A stretch of 64,000 bases of DNA from an uncultured Flavonifractor sp. (GCA_910585415.1 CAJUDT010000001.1:42149-106148); one strand, 5' to 3'; positions 37,163 through 45,684 are shown, numbered from the stretch's first letter. Numbers and translations: made by a program. Notes: generated from the sequence alone by a model not told the origin.

Positions 37163-37669
37163 TTAAAGCAGCAGGATGGCCAGCGCCGCCCCGGCGGCGG
37201 TCCCCGTCACCTGATAGACCCGCCCCAGGCGGACCCGCTCCGCCTGAGCCTCCTCCAGCATCCCCTCCAGGGCGCTCCGGGCCTCCCGCAGGGCGGAGCG
37301 CTGGCCCTCCCCGTCGTACCGGCCCAAAACCTCCCCCAGGCCCTCCAGGAGCAACCGCTCATCCCCCTTCAGCGGGAACTCTGCCAGCCCCTCCCGCCAG
37401 AGCTCTCCCAAGGACCTCTCCCCCAAGTCCGCCAGACCCGCCCGGCAGCGGGCGAACAGCCTATCCGCCGGAGGCGGGGCCCGCTTGGCCAGGCCCTCCA
37501 GCAGCTCCGGCATGGGGGGCAGGCGGAAGGAGAGCTCCCGCTCCATGAGCTCCAACGCCCCCGCCAGGGCCCGGAGGGTGCGTACGCGCCTCCCCAGTCC
37601 CCCGGCGGCCAAAAAACCCAGGGTTGACATACCCCCCGCCACCATCAGGGCCCCCGCCAGCCTCAGCAC
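37163..37669 (-). CDS. spoIIIAB: stage III sporulation protein AB
   Basis: A GTG at 37669 gives VLRLAGALMVAGGMSTLGF.. (168 aa), the typical SpoIIIAB N-terminus. It overlaps the spoIIIAA stop by 7 nt. An alternative ATG lies at 37645. Confidence 0.75.
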   Translation of the reverse strand: MLRLAGALMVAGGMSTLGFLAAGGLGRRVRTLRALAGALELMERELSFRLPPMPELLEGLAKRAPPPADRLFARCRAGLADLGERSLGELWREGLAEFPLKGDERLLLEGLGEVLGRYDGEGQRSALREARSALEGMLEEAQAERVRLGRVYQVTGTAAGAALAILLL

Positions 37670-38598
37670 GGCCCTTCCTCCAGGGGGGTCACCGTATACC
37701 GCCGCACCCCTTCCTCCAGGCGGATGGTCACCACCCGGCCAAAGATTCCCCGGTCCAAAAGGCGGCGGTACAGGGGGCGGCGCCTCAAGTCCTCCAGTCC
37801 GGCGGCGTGGGCGGTACACACCAGGGCCACTCCGCAGTTGGAGGCCAGCTCCAGGGCCTCGATATCCTCCGGGGCGGTGATTTCGTCGGCGGAGAGGACC
37901 TGCGGGTTCATCCCCCGCAGGAGCATCAGCAGCCCCACATTTTTGGGGCACCCGTCCATAACGTCGGTCTGCCGCCCGATGTCGAATTGAGGCACGCCGT
38001 TCCACATGCCCGCCAGCTCCCCCCGCTCGTCGGCCACCCCCACCCGCAGGGCGGGCCGGGCGGAGCCGTCGGACAGGAGGCGAATCAAATCCCGCAGCAG
38101 GGTGGTTTTGCCCCACCCCGGCGGGGATAGAATCAGGGTATTTGCCAGCCGCCGCCCCACCCACAGCCTGTCCAAAACCGGCACAGCCGCGCCGGGGGCC
38201 TCGTGGGCAATCCGCAGGGAGAGGGAGGAAATATGCCGCAGGTTGCACACCGCCCCCTCCTTTACGACGCCGGTGCCGCAGATGCCCATGCGGTGGCCCC
38301 CCCGCAGAGTAAAGAAGCCCTCCCGCACCTGGGACAGGGCCGTGTGGGCGGAGGCCTGGGTAGCCACCTCCAGCACCATCCCCAAATCCTGGGGGCGAAT
38401 GGGGCCGCTGCACCCCGGTATCCCCCGCTCCCCCTCCGGGAGGACCAGGGAGGGGGGCCGTCCCGCCCGCAGGCGGAGCTCCTCCGCTCTGGCCTGCGCG
38501 GACTGGTCCAGCCGTTCCAAGGGTCCCCGCAGGGCCGGGGGCAGCAGCGCCGCCGCCTGGCGGAACCGCCGGGTATCCCCATGTATCATACGCCTCAC
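37663..38598 (-). CDS. spoIIIAA: stage III sporulation protein AA (secretion-type ATPase)
   Basis: Walker A SPPGWGKTTLLRDL, Walker B-like ADEI, ~310 aa, first gene of the operon. Confidence 0.88.
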   Translation of the reverse strand: MRRMIHGDTRRFRQAAALLPPALRGPLERLDQSAQARAEELRLRAGRPPSLVLPEGERGIPGCSGPIRPQDLGMVLEVATQASAHTALSQVREGFFTLRGGHRMGICGTGVVKEGAVCNLRHISSLSLRIAHEAPGAAVPVLDRLWVGRRLANTLILSPPGWGKTTLLRDLIRLLSDGSARPALRVGVADERGELAGMWNGVPQFDIGRQTDVMDGCPKNVGLLMLLRGMNPQVLSADEITAPEDIEALELASNCGVALVCTAHAAGLEDLRRRPLYRRLLDRGIFGRVVTIRLEEGVRRYTVTPLEEGPC

Positions 38599-38661
38599 AT
38601 CCTTCGTGTTCCGGTATGGGATATACCTATGAGTGCTCGTCCCCTTTTATGCCGGGGGACG

Positions 38662-38695
38662 CAAAAAAGGGGACGCCGCAAGCACACGGCGCCCC
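38662..38695 (-). terminator. rho-independent terminator after the anti-sigma gene
   Basis: Minus strand reads GGGGCGCCG-tgtgcttg-CGGCGTCCCC followed by TTTTTTG. Confidence 0.6.
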
Positions 38696-38740
38696 CATGG
38701 ACGATTCATGATTCGGTTTTGCGGGCCGCGCCGCAGATGG

Positions 38741-39436
38741 TCACCCCTCCGGGTCCGTGATGATGAATGTGTTTACCTTCCCGTCGTGGTCTGCAAAATC
38801 GACCGCTTCTTCAAAGGCGATTCCCGGAATACTGCTCAGGTCAAACCGGTCCGGGTCGAAGAGCAGACCGCCGTTCAGCAACACCTTGCCAACGTCCGTC
38901 CCCTGCTCCCGGTTCCCGGAGCACTCATACAGCTTGTTGCCCTCGCCGTCGGTAAGGACCTCCACGGAAAAGGTCTGGCCTCCGGCGGTGAAGGTCCCGC
39001 CCTGGTTCCACGCCTCTGTGACATCCTGGTCCTCCTGGCCCTTCTCTCGGAGCATCACCCGGCCGTCCTTGGTCAGATAGGCTCCGGCCTCCTCGCCCAG
39101 GTTCACGGAGGCCACTGCGTTTTCGGGCAGATCCTGTCCACTGCTGACTTCCGTCCAGATGGTAACCTCCGTGTCACCGTTATCGCTGCCAATGATCTCC
39201 TGCTTGACCTCCTGGGTGCCGAACACCGTGCGGATGCTCTGGAAAAAGGCCCCGCCGGTGGCGGCGTCGGCGGCAAAGGCGGTACATACCATCAGAGTCA
39301 GGCAGGCTGCCACGGCAGCCACGGGGCGCAGGGGGTGAAAACGTTTTGTTTCGTTCATGGCTAAAATCTCCTTTTCCACGTCGGCGGAGGCGTGGAGCTT
39401 GTCAAAGGTCCTTTGGAACAGTTCCCGTTCGTTCAT
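38741..39436 (-). CDS. putative anti-sigma factor / single-pass membrane protein
   Basis: ATG at 39436 (GAGAGGTG about 8 nt upstream). Short cytoplasmic N-terminus, TM segment (PVAAVAACLTLMVCTAFA) and a ~170-aa extracytoplasmic domain. It lies immediately downstream of, and overlaps, the ECF sigma gene. Confidence 0.6.
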   Translation of the reverse strand: MNERELFQRTFDKLHASADVEKEILAMNETKRFHPLRPVAAVAACLTLMVCTAFAADAATGGAFFQSIRTVFGTQEVKQEIIGSDNGDTEVTIWTEVSSGQDLPENAVASVNLGEEAGAYLTKDGRVMLREKGQEDQDVTEAWNQGGTFTAGGQTFSVEVLTDGEGNKLYECSGNREQGTDVGKVLLNGGLLFDPDRFDLSSIPGIAFEEAVDFADHDGKVNTFIITDPEG

Positions 39437-39920
39437 ATTCTTCACACCTCTCTAACGCTTGCTTCAGGCACGCCCTTCCCCTGGAAAGGCGGGTGGTAAT
39501 GGTGGACACCCGGCTGCCCAGAACTGCGGCAATCTGGGCGGCAGAGTAGTCCTCATAGTAGTGCATATACAGCACAATGCGGTACTTGGCCGGGAGGGTC
39601 ATCAGGGCCTGATACAGCCTGCTCTCCTCCGGCTCCAAATCATACTGCGCCAGCTGCACCTGGTCCAGCTCCACCGTATTGGCGAGGAAGGCCCGATAGG
39701 GGGAGGAAAGCCAGCGCTTGCTTTCATTGATTGCCACTCGGATCAGCCAATTCCGAAGATGCTCCTCACTGTCGAACGCCTTGTTGCTTTTATAGCAGCG
39801 AATCAGTACATTTTGTGTGATATCGTCTGCGTCGGTGCAGTTTTTGCAGTAGTTCAGGGCAATGCGGAAAATTGTATCCTTATACCGCTCCGCCGCCTGC
39901 TGAAACCGTTCCGTGTCCAT
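39402..39920 (-). CDS. ECF-type RNA polymerase sigma-70 family factor
   Basis: Start MDTERFQQAAERYKD at 39920 (AAAGGAGGTG 6 nt upstream). Region 2 (DADDITQNVLIRCYK) and region 4 HTH (YSAAQIAAVLGSRVSTITTRLSRGRACL). Confidence 0.88.
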   Translation of the reverse strand: MDTERFQQAAERYKDTIFRIALNYCKNCTDADDITQNVLIRCYKSNKAFDSEEHLRNWLIRVAINESKRWLSSPYRAFLANTVELDQVQLAQYDLEPEESRLYQALMTLPAKYRIVLYMHYYEDYSAAQIAAVLGSRVSTITTRLSRGRACLKQALERCEEYERTGTVPKDL

Positions 39921-40054
39921 GCCGCCCACCTCCTTTCGTGCGGTCCGGTGCTGTGCCTTCACAAGGAATACCCGCGAAAACCGGAAATTGTCTCACCCTC
40001 GGGAAAATTTTTCGGCCCGGCCTGTACTACTCTGCACAGACCGGGCCGGTTTGT

Positions 40055-41257
40055 CTATTCCTCGGGCGGCTGCTCCGCTGGAGCTTCCGCTTCCGTTTGG
40101 GGTTCTGGGGTCCCTTCCGTTTCCGGCTGGGCGGCTTCACCGGAAGAAGGGGGCTCCGCCGGTTTGTCCCCCTTCAAGGCCTCACCCTCCAGGTGGGTCA
40201 TGACTTGGTCCAAATCCTCCCGCTCCCGCAGGGCGGCAATCAGCTCGCCGACTTCCTCCTGAGGCGTCTCCGGCGGGAGGGCGTACTCCTCGATATAGCT
40301 CCCAGCGGCCCCCAGAGTCTTTTTCAAGCGGCGTACCCACGCCTGAGCGGCGCTCCCCTCCAGGTACACCAGGGCGGTCCGCTTGCTCTCATCCTTCAGC
40401 CGGAGCTGGTTGACGTACAGGGCGTCCAGGCCATGCCTGCGGAAGCCCAGCTCCACAATCAAAAGCACAATGGCAGCGGCGGCGGTGATGATGCCGAATA
40501 CCTGAGACACCCGGATGGAGGTATTGAAGAAGTACAGGCTGTCCGTGCGCATCCCCTCGATGAAGGCCCGTCCTACGCCATACCAGGCAAAATAGCTCAG
40601 GAACATCTGCCCGTCAAACTTCCGCCAGTGCTTGGACACCCACCACAGCACCAGCAGGCCCAGCAGGTTCCAAAGAGACTCATAGAGAAACGTGGGGTGG
40701 ACCTCCACATACTGCATGGCGTCCCCCACCTGCTCGTAGATGCCCATGCGCCAGGGCAGGTCCGTGGGTCCGCCATAGCACTCGATGTTGACAAAATTGC
40801 CCCAGCGGCCCACCGACTGGCCAATCAGCAGGCCGAACACCCCCAGGTCCGCAAAGGCCAGGAATTTAATTTTCCGCACCTTGCAGAACACCAGCAGGGT
40901 CAGCGCCGCCGCAATGACGCCCCCATAGATGGCAAGCCCTCCGTCCCAGATACGGACCATAGCCGCAAAGTCCAATCCTCCGCCGGCGGTCCGGTAGCGG
41001 TCCAGGTAAAAAATAATGTAGTACAGCCGCGCCCCAAGGATGGCCAGGGGCACGGCGAAGAAGAGCAGGTCAATGATATCATCCGGCTTGATGCCGAACG
41101 CATGGGCCCGGCGGGTACAGTAGAACACGGCCAGCAGGAATCCGGCGGCAATGATAATGCCATACCAGTACACCGGCCAGTCGATTCCCGGAATGCGGAA
41201 GGCCTCCCGGTTCAGCATAAACTCCAGCCCCAGGCCAGGAAAGGAAACGGTACCCAT
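40055..41257 (-). CDS. lgt: prolipoprotein diacylglyceryl transferase with ~128-aa C-terminal extension
   Basis: Start MGTVSFPGLG at 41257 (AGGAGGGAGC upstream; TGATG overlap with the upstream stop). Lgt signature GRWGNFVNIECYG. The core ends near residue 272, followed by a hydrophilic tail. Confidence 0.9.
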   Translation of the reverse strand: MGTVSFPGLGLEFMLNREAFRIPGIDWPVYWYGIIIAAGFLLAVFYCTRRAHAFGIKPDDIIDLLFFAVPLAILGARLYYIIFYLDRYRTAGGGLDFAAMVRIWDGGLAIYGGVIAAALTLLVFCKVRKIKFLAFADLGVFGLLIGQSVGRWGNFVNIECYGGPTDLPWRMGIYEQVGDAMQYVEVHPTFLYESLWNLLGLLVLWWVSKHWRKFDGQMFLSYFAWYGVGRAFIEGMRTDSLYFFNTSIRVSQVFGIITAAAAIVLLIVELGFRRHGLDALYVNQLRLKDESKRTALVYLEGSAAQAWVRRLKKTLGAAGSYIEEYALPPETPQEEVGELIAALREREDLDQVMTHLEGEALKGDKPAEPPSSGEAAQPETEGTPEPQTEAEAPAEQPPEE

Positions 41258-42534
41258 CACGCTCCCTCCTTGGGCCGGACCACCGCCAGGGCGCACCGCT
41301 CCGGCGTGACTACGGCCTTGAGGTATTCCTCCACATGGCGGCGCTGGATGCTCTCGAATGCCTGGGGGAAGCTCAAAAATTCAAAGCCCGCAAAATGCCC
41401 CTGCGCCAGCTCAATACACAGATTCTCGAAGGAGTTGAGCCCCTGGACTCTGGCCCCGTACATGCCCTTTTTCAGGCGGTTGAACAGGGACTCGTCCACG
41501 CCCTCCCGGGCGATGCGCGCCGCCTCGTCTAGGACCGCTTCCCGGACCGCGGCGGGGTCCCGGCTCTCTCCGCCCGCCGCCAGCAGGGCACAGCCGGGGT
41601 AATACTCCACGCCATAGCCGAAATTCTTGTTGATGAGCCCCAGACGGTACAGCTTGGCGTACAGGGGGGAGGAATTGCCCAACAGCGCCTCGCAGGCCAG
41701 GGCGCCCAGAAGCTGGAGCCGCAGGCGCTCCGGGCCGTTCTCGGCGGGGTCCGCCTTAAAGCCCAGCTGGAAAATGGGGGTGGAGACCTCCATGCGCAGC
41801 TCCTTGCCGGAGGAGGCCGCTGTCCCCGTCTCCTTGCCGCCGTAGTCCCGCTCAATGCGCCCGCCGGGGTCCTTGGGGAGTATTTCCCGGGCAATCTCCA
41901 CCACCCGCTCCGGGTCCACGTCCCCCGCCACGGTCAGGACCATGTTGGAGGGGGTATAAAATGCCTTGTGGCAGGCGTAGAGGGTGTCTGCCGTGATATG
42001 GGAGATGGACTCCTGCGTGCCCGCAATGGAGACCTGTATGGGGTGGTGGTCAAACAAGCTCTCCATCAGGGCATAAAACACCTGATTGTCCGGGTCATCC
42101 TCCACCATGCGGATTTCCTGGCCAATGATGCCCTGTTCCTTGTCCACGCTCTCCTGCGTGAAGTAGGGAATGGATACGAAGGACAGCAGGACCTTCAAGT
42201 TTTCATAAAATTTTTCGGTGCTCTCAAAGTAGTACCCGGTCATAGCGGAGCTGGTAAAGGCGTTGGGGGACGCCCCGTTTGCCGCCAGAATCTGGAGGGC
42301 GTTGCCGTCCTCGGTGTCGAACATTTTGTGCTCCAGGAAGTGGGCCACACCAGCGGGGGTGTCCCGCCATGTCCCATCCAGGTAAAATTTCATATCCATA
42401 CCGCCGTAGCAGGTGGCAAAAAAGGCATAGCTCTTTTGAAAGCCCGGCTTCTGGTCCACGTAGATGTGAAGGCCGTTGTCCAACTGGGCATGGGCAATCG
42501 TCTCTCCAACCTTGGGGTATTCCTTGCGTACCAT
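41257..42534 (-). CDS. M16 family zinc peptidase (active-site-bearing partner)
   Basis: Start MVRKEYPKVGE at 42534 (GAAAGGAG upstream). Inverted zinc motif HFLEHKMF (HxxEH). Confidence 0.85.
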   Translation of the reverse strand: MVRKEYPKVGETIAHAQLDNGLHIYVDQKPGFQKSYAFFATCYGGMDMKFYLDGTWRDTPAGVAHFLEHKMFDTEDGNALQILAANGASPNAFTSSAMTGYYFESTEKFYENLKVLLSFVSIPYFTQESVDKEQGIIGQEIRMVEDDPDNQVFYALMESLFDHHPIQVSIAGTQESISHITADTLYACHKAFYTPSNMVLTVAGDVDPERVVEIAREILPKDPGGRIERDYGGKETGTAASSGKELRMEVSTPIFQLGFKADPAENGPERLRLQLLGALACEALLGNSSPLYAKLYRLGLINKNFGYGVEYYPGCALLAAGGESRDPAAVREAVLDEAARIAREGVDESLFNRLKKGMYGARVQGLNSFENLCIELAQGHFAGFEFLSFPQAFESIQRRHVEEYLKAVVTPERCALAVVRPKEGA

Positions 42535-42539
42535 CCGGC

Positions 42540-43814
42540 TCACTCCTTTCCCTTCAAGAAATATACGGTGTCCAGGGCCAGCTTTTGGGCGGCGGCTGTG
42601 ACCTGCTCCCGGCTGACCCGCTCCACCCGCTGGGCCAGGGCCTCCGGGTCCTCGCTCAGTCCGGCGGCGGACTGACCCAGCCAGTAATCCTCCAGCCTCC
42701 CCTGGCTGTCCAGGGTGGTCCTGAGGGTGCTCACCACCGAGCGGCGGGCCCACTCCAGCTCCTCGTCGCTGAACTCGCCCTTTTGACAGGCGGCAAGCTG
42801 GGCCAGAATCTCCCGCTTGGCTTCCTCCACCTTGCCGAACTCCACCCCGGAGGCCACCAGCATCACGTCCTTGTATTTCATCAGCCCCGAGCTGGCGTAG
42901 TAGCACAGGGACAGGCGCTCCCGGACGTTCATAAAGAGCTTGGAGGTGGTGGTGCCGCCATAGACGGCGTTCACCAGGGTCAGCGCCGGGTAATCCTCGC
43001 TCCAGGCGTCGCAGCCGGTGCGGAAGCCCATGGAGAGCTTGCCCTGGGTCACGTCCAGGGCTTCCTCCACCACCTTGGGCTCCGCCGGTGCGGCATGGCC
43101 CGCCGGACGAGCGGGAACCGTACGCACAGCGCCCTTGGGCAGGTCCGCCAGAGCGGAGGAGAGGGCGCTCTGTACCCGGTCCCCGCTGGCGCTGCCGCAG
43201 TAGTAGAGCTCCACCGGGGCGTGGTTAAGCATAGCCTGCCAGCAGTCCCACAGGGCGTCGTTGGTAATCGCGGCGGCAGACTCCTCGCTGCCCAGCTTGT
43301 CCACCCCAAAGGGCTCCCCCGCGCACATCTCGGCCACCACCCGGATTTGGGCATACTGGCGCTTATCGTTGACCTGGGCGCGGATGCGGTCGATGAGGTT
43401 GGCCTTCTCCCCCTCCAAGTATTCCGGAGTAAAGCGGCCGTTCTGGGTGCGGGGGCGGAGCACCAGCTCTCCCAGCAGCGCCGCCGCCCGCTCCAGCAGG
43501 GGTTCCCCCTCCAGGGTGTAGGCGTCATCGAGAAAGCTCCCCACAAAGCCCACGCACTGAGTCTCCCCCTTCTTACGGACCATGGGCTCTAACGCGCCGC
43601 CGTAGAGCTCGTCCAGGGCGGCGGAGAGGGCTTCCATATCCGGGTGGGCCTCGGTGCCCCGCCGGAGGACCGCCGGGACCAGGGCGTTGCAGGAGGCCGT
43701 CTGTTCCTCCAGAGGCAGCAGGAATTGCAGGCCCAGCACGGCCGATTTGAATTTGTCCGTATGCACCGCCGTCAGGTGGACGCCGGGAAAAAGTTCCGTT
43801 CGAGTGACTTCCAT
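42540..43814 (-). CDS. M16 family peptidase homologue lacking the HxxEH motif (probable non-catalytic partner)
   Basis: M16-like length and pattern (PGVHLTAVHTDKFKSAVLGLQFLLPL). I found no HxxEH by eye. The start is uncertain (43814 preferred, 43877 possible). Confidence 0.75.
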   Translation of the reverse strand: MEVTRTELFPGVHLTAVHTDKFKSAVLGLQFLLPLEEQTASCNALVPAVLRRGTEAHPDMEALSAALDELYGGALEPMVRKKGETQCVGFVGSFLDDAYTLEGEPLLERAAALLGELVLRPRTQNGRFTPEYLEGEKANLIDRIRAQVNDKRQYAQIRVVAEMCAGEPFGVDKLGSEESAAAITNDALWDCWQAMLNHAPVELYYCGSASGDRVQSALSSALADLPKGAVRTVPARPAGHAAPAEPKVVEEALDVTQGKLSMGFRTGCDAWSEDYPALTLVNAVYGGTTTSKLFMNVRERLSLCYYASSGLMKYKDVMLVASGVEFGKVEEAKREILAQLAACQKGEFSDEELEWARRSVVSTLRTTLDSQGRLEDYWLGQSAAGLSEDPEALAQRVERVSREQVTAAAQKLALDTVYFLKGKE

Positions 43815-43930
43815 CCGTTTCGTTCCGTCCTTTCTATCTTCGGTCTGGTAAGCGTTCACAGGGGTATTATACATCATTTTTCGCCGTTTGACACCCCGGA
43901 AATGGCGTGATTCCTATTTTTCCTTCGTCA

Positions 43931-43959
43931 TTGACTTTTTGCTCGATTTATGCTATATT
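43931..43959 (+). promoter_or_regulatory. sigma-A type promoter (extended -10) of the three-gene signal-anchor cassette
   Basis: TTGACT-17 nt-(TGc)TATATT, about 45 nt upstream of the ATG at 44003. Confidence 0.5.
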
Positions 43960-44002
43960 ATAGGCGTAAATTTTATCAAAATTGTACAGGAACGTGACCG
44001 TC

Positions 44003-44506
44003 ATGAAGCATACCCGCAGGCTCCGGTTCACGGCGGCAATTTCATGTGTGCTCCTGCTGGCCGCCGCGCTTGTTTTCTTCTATACCAGGGGCAAACACCC
44101 CAAAACGGTCCCCATCGACGCGGAGACCGCCGCTGTCTATGCCAAGTACGAGGTCCAAATTCCCGGTAGTGGGACTGCGCCTGTCACCGCTCTGGATATC
44201 CTGCCCCTCTGCGAAGAGGTGGAGCAGCAGAACCTGAACGGCTCCGTGCTCATTACCTGCGCCTCTCAGGCGCTCCCCGGTCTCCTGCCCCAGTGCCAGT
44301 CCCTGGATGAGCTCTATTTGATTCGCTCTGAAAACTATCAGACCCTCGGCATCGTCTATACCGCCTATGACGGGGCGCAGGTCCATTTGACCTATGGAGC
44401 GGACGGCTTGCTTGACAAGCTAATCTACGATGAGGCCCGTGATATAGCCGCCTACCTCTCTCGGGACAAGCAGGAGTACTACCTCAACTTCCGAAATGGC
44501 TCATAG
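44003..44506 (+). CDS. small signal-anchored protein of unknown function
   Basis: The N-terminus MKHTRRLRFTAAISCVLLLAAALVFFY is a basic stretch plus a hydrophobic anchor. A ~135-aa soluble domain follows. I recognised no family. Confidence 0.5.
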   Translation: MKHTRRLRFTAAISCVLLLAAALVFFYTRGKHPKTVPIDAETAAVYAKYEVQIPGSGTAPVTALDILPLCEEVEQQNLNGSVLITCASQALPGLLPQCQSLDELYLIRSENYQTLGIVYTAYDGAQVHLTYGADGLLDKLIYDEARDIAAYLSRDKQEYYLNFRNGS

Positions 44507-44534
44507 CCCGATGTAAAAGCAGGGAGGTCAAAAG

Positions 44535-44942
44535 ATGAACACAAACCATACTTCCAAATCCAGCCGTATCGTCCTCATCCTAGCGTTCTGTCTCTTTTGT
44601 TCCGTGCTCCTGAACGTAATCCAGTTCTCCGCCGCCCACGACCAGCCGGTCTCTGCGCACCGTACCGTTGGCACATACTGCACCAACAACATGCTGCCAT
44701 CCGGCGAATATCTGGTGCTCGACCAGGAAAGCCGTTACTGCCGGTATGTTCAGTTAGAGGGGATTCTTGACAGCGGGAGCTATCGGGAAGAGCAGCAAGG
44801 GCAGTATGCGCTTCTGTCCGATACAGGGGAGCCCTTCTCAATTTTGATTGTTGATGACACCGCTTATCTGTTTTCTGGCGGAGGCTTGACCGCCTATTCC
44901 AAACTATCCGATGTTCCTACATATATCAACGTGCCGGAGTGA
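44535..44942 (+). CDS. small signal-anchored protein of unknown function
   Basis: GGGAGG RBS. SSRIVLILAFCLFCSVLLNVIQF anchor followed by a ~95-aa domain. Confidence 0.55.
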   Translation: MNTNHTSKSSRIVLILAFCLFCSVLLNVIQFSAAHDQPVSAHRTVGTYCTNNMLPSGEYLVLDQESRYCRYVQLEGILDSGSYREEQQGQYALLSDTGEPFSILIVDDTAYLFSGGGLTAYSKLSDVPTYINVPE

Positions 44943-45058
44943 CGGACCGGCAATCAATCTGAATCATAAAACCAACCTGCCGCAATAGGCGGATATACTG
45001 CGGGCCATCGTATACAATCACAATACCAAGCGGTGGGGATAACTTCCAGTGAAAGTGA

Positions 45059-45550
45059 GTGAGTTTTATGAGCACATCCGACAAAAGTTCGAACCAAACC
45101 ACACCGAAACCCCGCCTAGCGAAACACCATATTGTTATTATCGTTTTATGTGCGGTACTGGTCCTCTTGTTCTGTCCTAAAAAATTGAGCTGGCTGATTT
45201 CGATAGACAATGTCATGTATTATGAGTGTCAAACAGACTTCGACAGCGAGTTTCAACGGGAGGCTGATGTGGAAGCCTTTCGTGACAAAATAGAGGACAC
45301 TTGGGTAATCTGGACAGGGTGGGTACACTATATTCCAGGAGACTGCTTCACGGTCTATCTGTTTTCCGAGCATACGCTTATGGGATATATACAGGGTCTT
45401 TCCGGGGAAGCCAGCGGGATCCTGTCCATCTTTGGAAATGCGTTGAACAATGAACATACGCTCTATCTGCCGTGGTTTGGCACTGCATTACGGTATCAAT
45501 GCCTCAACCGCACATCGAAAGAATTGATTCCAGACTTTTGGCAGGACTGA
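45059..45550 (+). CDS. small signal-anchored protein of unknown function (low GC)
   Basis: GTG at 45059 or ATG at 45068. HHIVIIVLCAVLVLLFC anchor. One hand-counted line in this gene is only ~35% GC. A strong terminator follows the gene. Confidence 0.5.
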   Translation: MSFMSTSDKSSNQTTPKPRLAKHHIVIIVLCAVLVLLFCPKKLSWLISIDNVMYYECQTDFDSEFQREADVEAFRDKIEDTWVIWTGWVHYIPGDCFTVYLFSEHTLMGYIQGLSGEASGILSIFGNALNNEHTLYLPWFGTALRYQCLNRTSKELIPDFWQD

Positions 45551-45581
45551 GATTCATGTGTTCGTTTCCTCTGGCATAAGG

Positions 45582-45613
45582 GGCCCGCCGTGAATTTGCG
45601 GCGGGCCTTTTAT
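45582..45613 (+). terminator. rho-independent terminator of the cassette
   Basis: GGCCCGCCG-tgaatttg-CGGCGGGCC followed by TTTTAT. Confidence 0.7.
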
Positions 45614-45633
45614 GCCATACGCTCAAAAAACCA

Positions 45634-45662
45634 TTGACATACCTCATCCCCCGTCGTATAAT
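45634..45662 (+). promoter_or_regulatory. consensus sigma-A promoter driving the FMN riboswitch
   Basis: Perfect TTGACA-17 nt-TATAAT. Confidence 0.75.
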
Positions 45663-45684
45663 ACTCCCAGAAAACAATGGAATA

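Noticed and set aside
35574-37163. 529-aa minus-strand ORF spanning spoIIIAE, spoIIIAD and spoIIIAC.
   Set aside because: It lies in an alternate frame of three recognisable spoIIIA genes. The translation is Gly/Arg/Pro-rich and lacks the membrane helices expected here.
37670-38413. N-terminal 248 aa of track ORF 37163..38413, an apparent 416-aa SpoIIIAB.
   Set aside because: The extension overlaps spoIIIAA in another frame and is Gly/Pro/Arg-rich. SpoIIIAB-like sequence begins only at the GTG at 37669.
39872-41602. 576-aa + strand ORF.
   Set aside because: It is antisense to lgt and the end of the M16 gene, with shadow-ORF composition.
42535-42906. N-terminal extensions in the track for the M16 gene (41257..42906), and likewise for the GNAT (to 5990), sensor kinase (to 28418), acyltransferase (to 32136), rnhB (to 21969) and spoIIIAG (to 35046).
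   Set aside because: The extensions overlap the preceding gene in another frame and are low-complexity. Internal starts with good RBSs give canonical N-termini.
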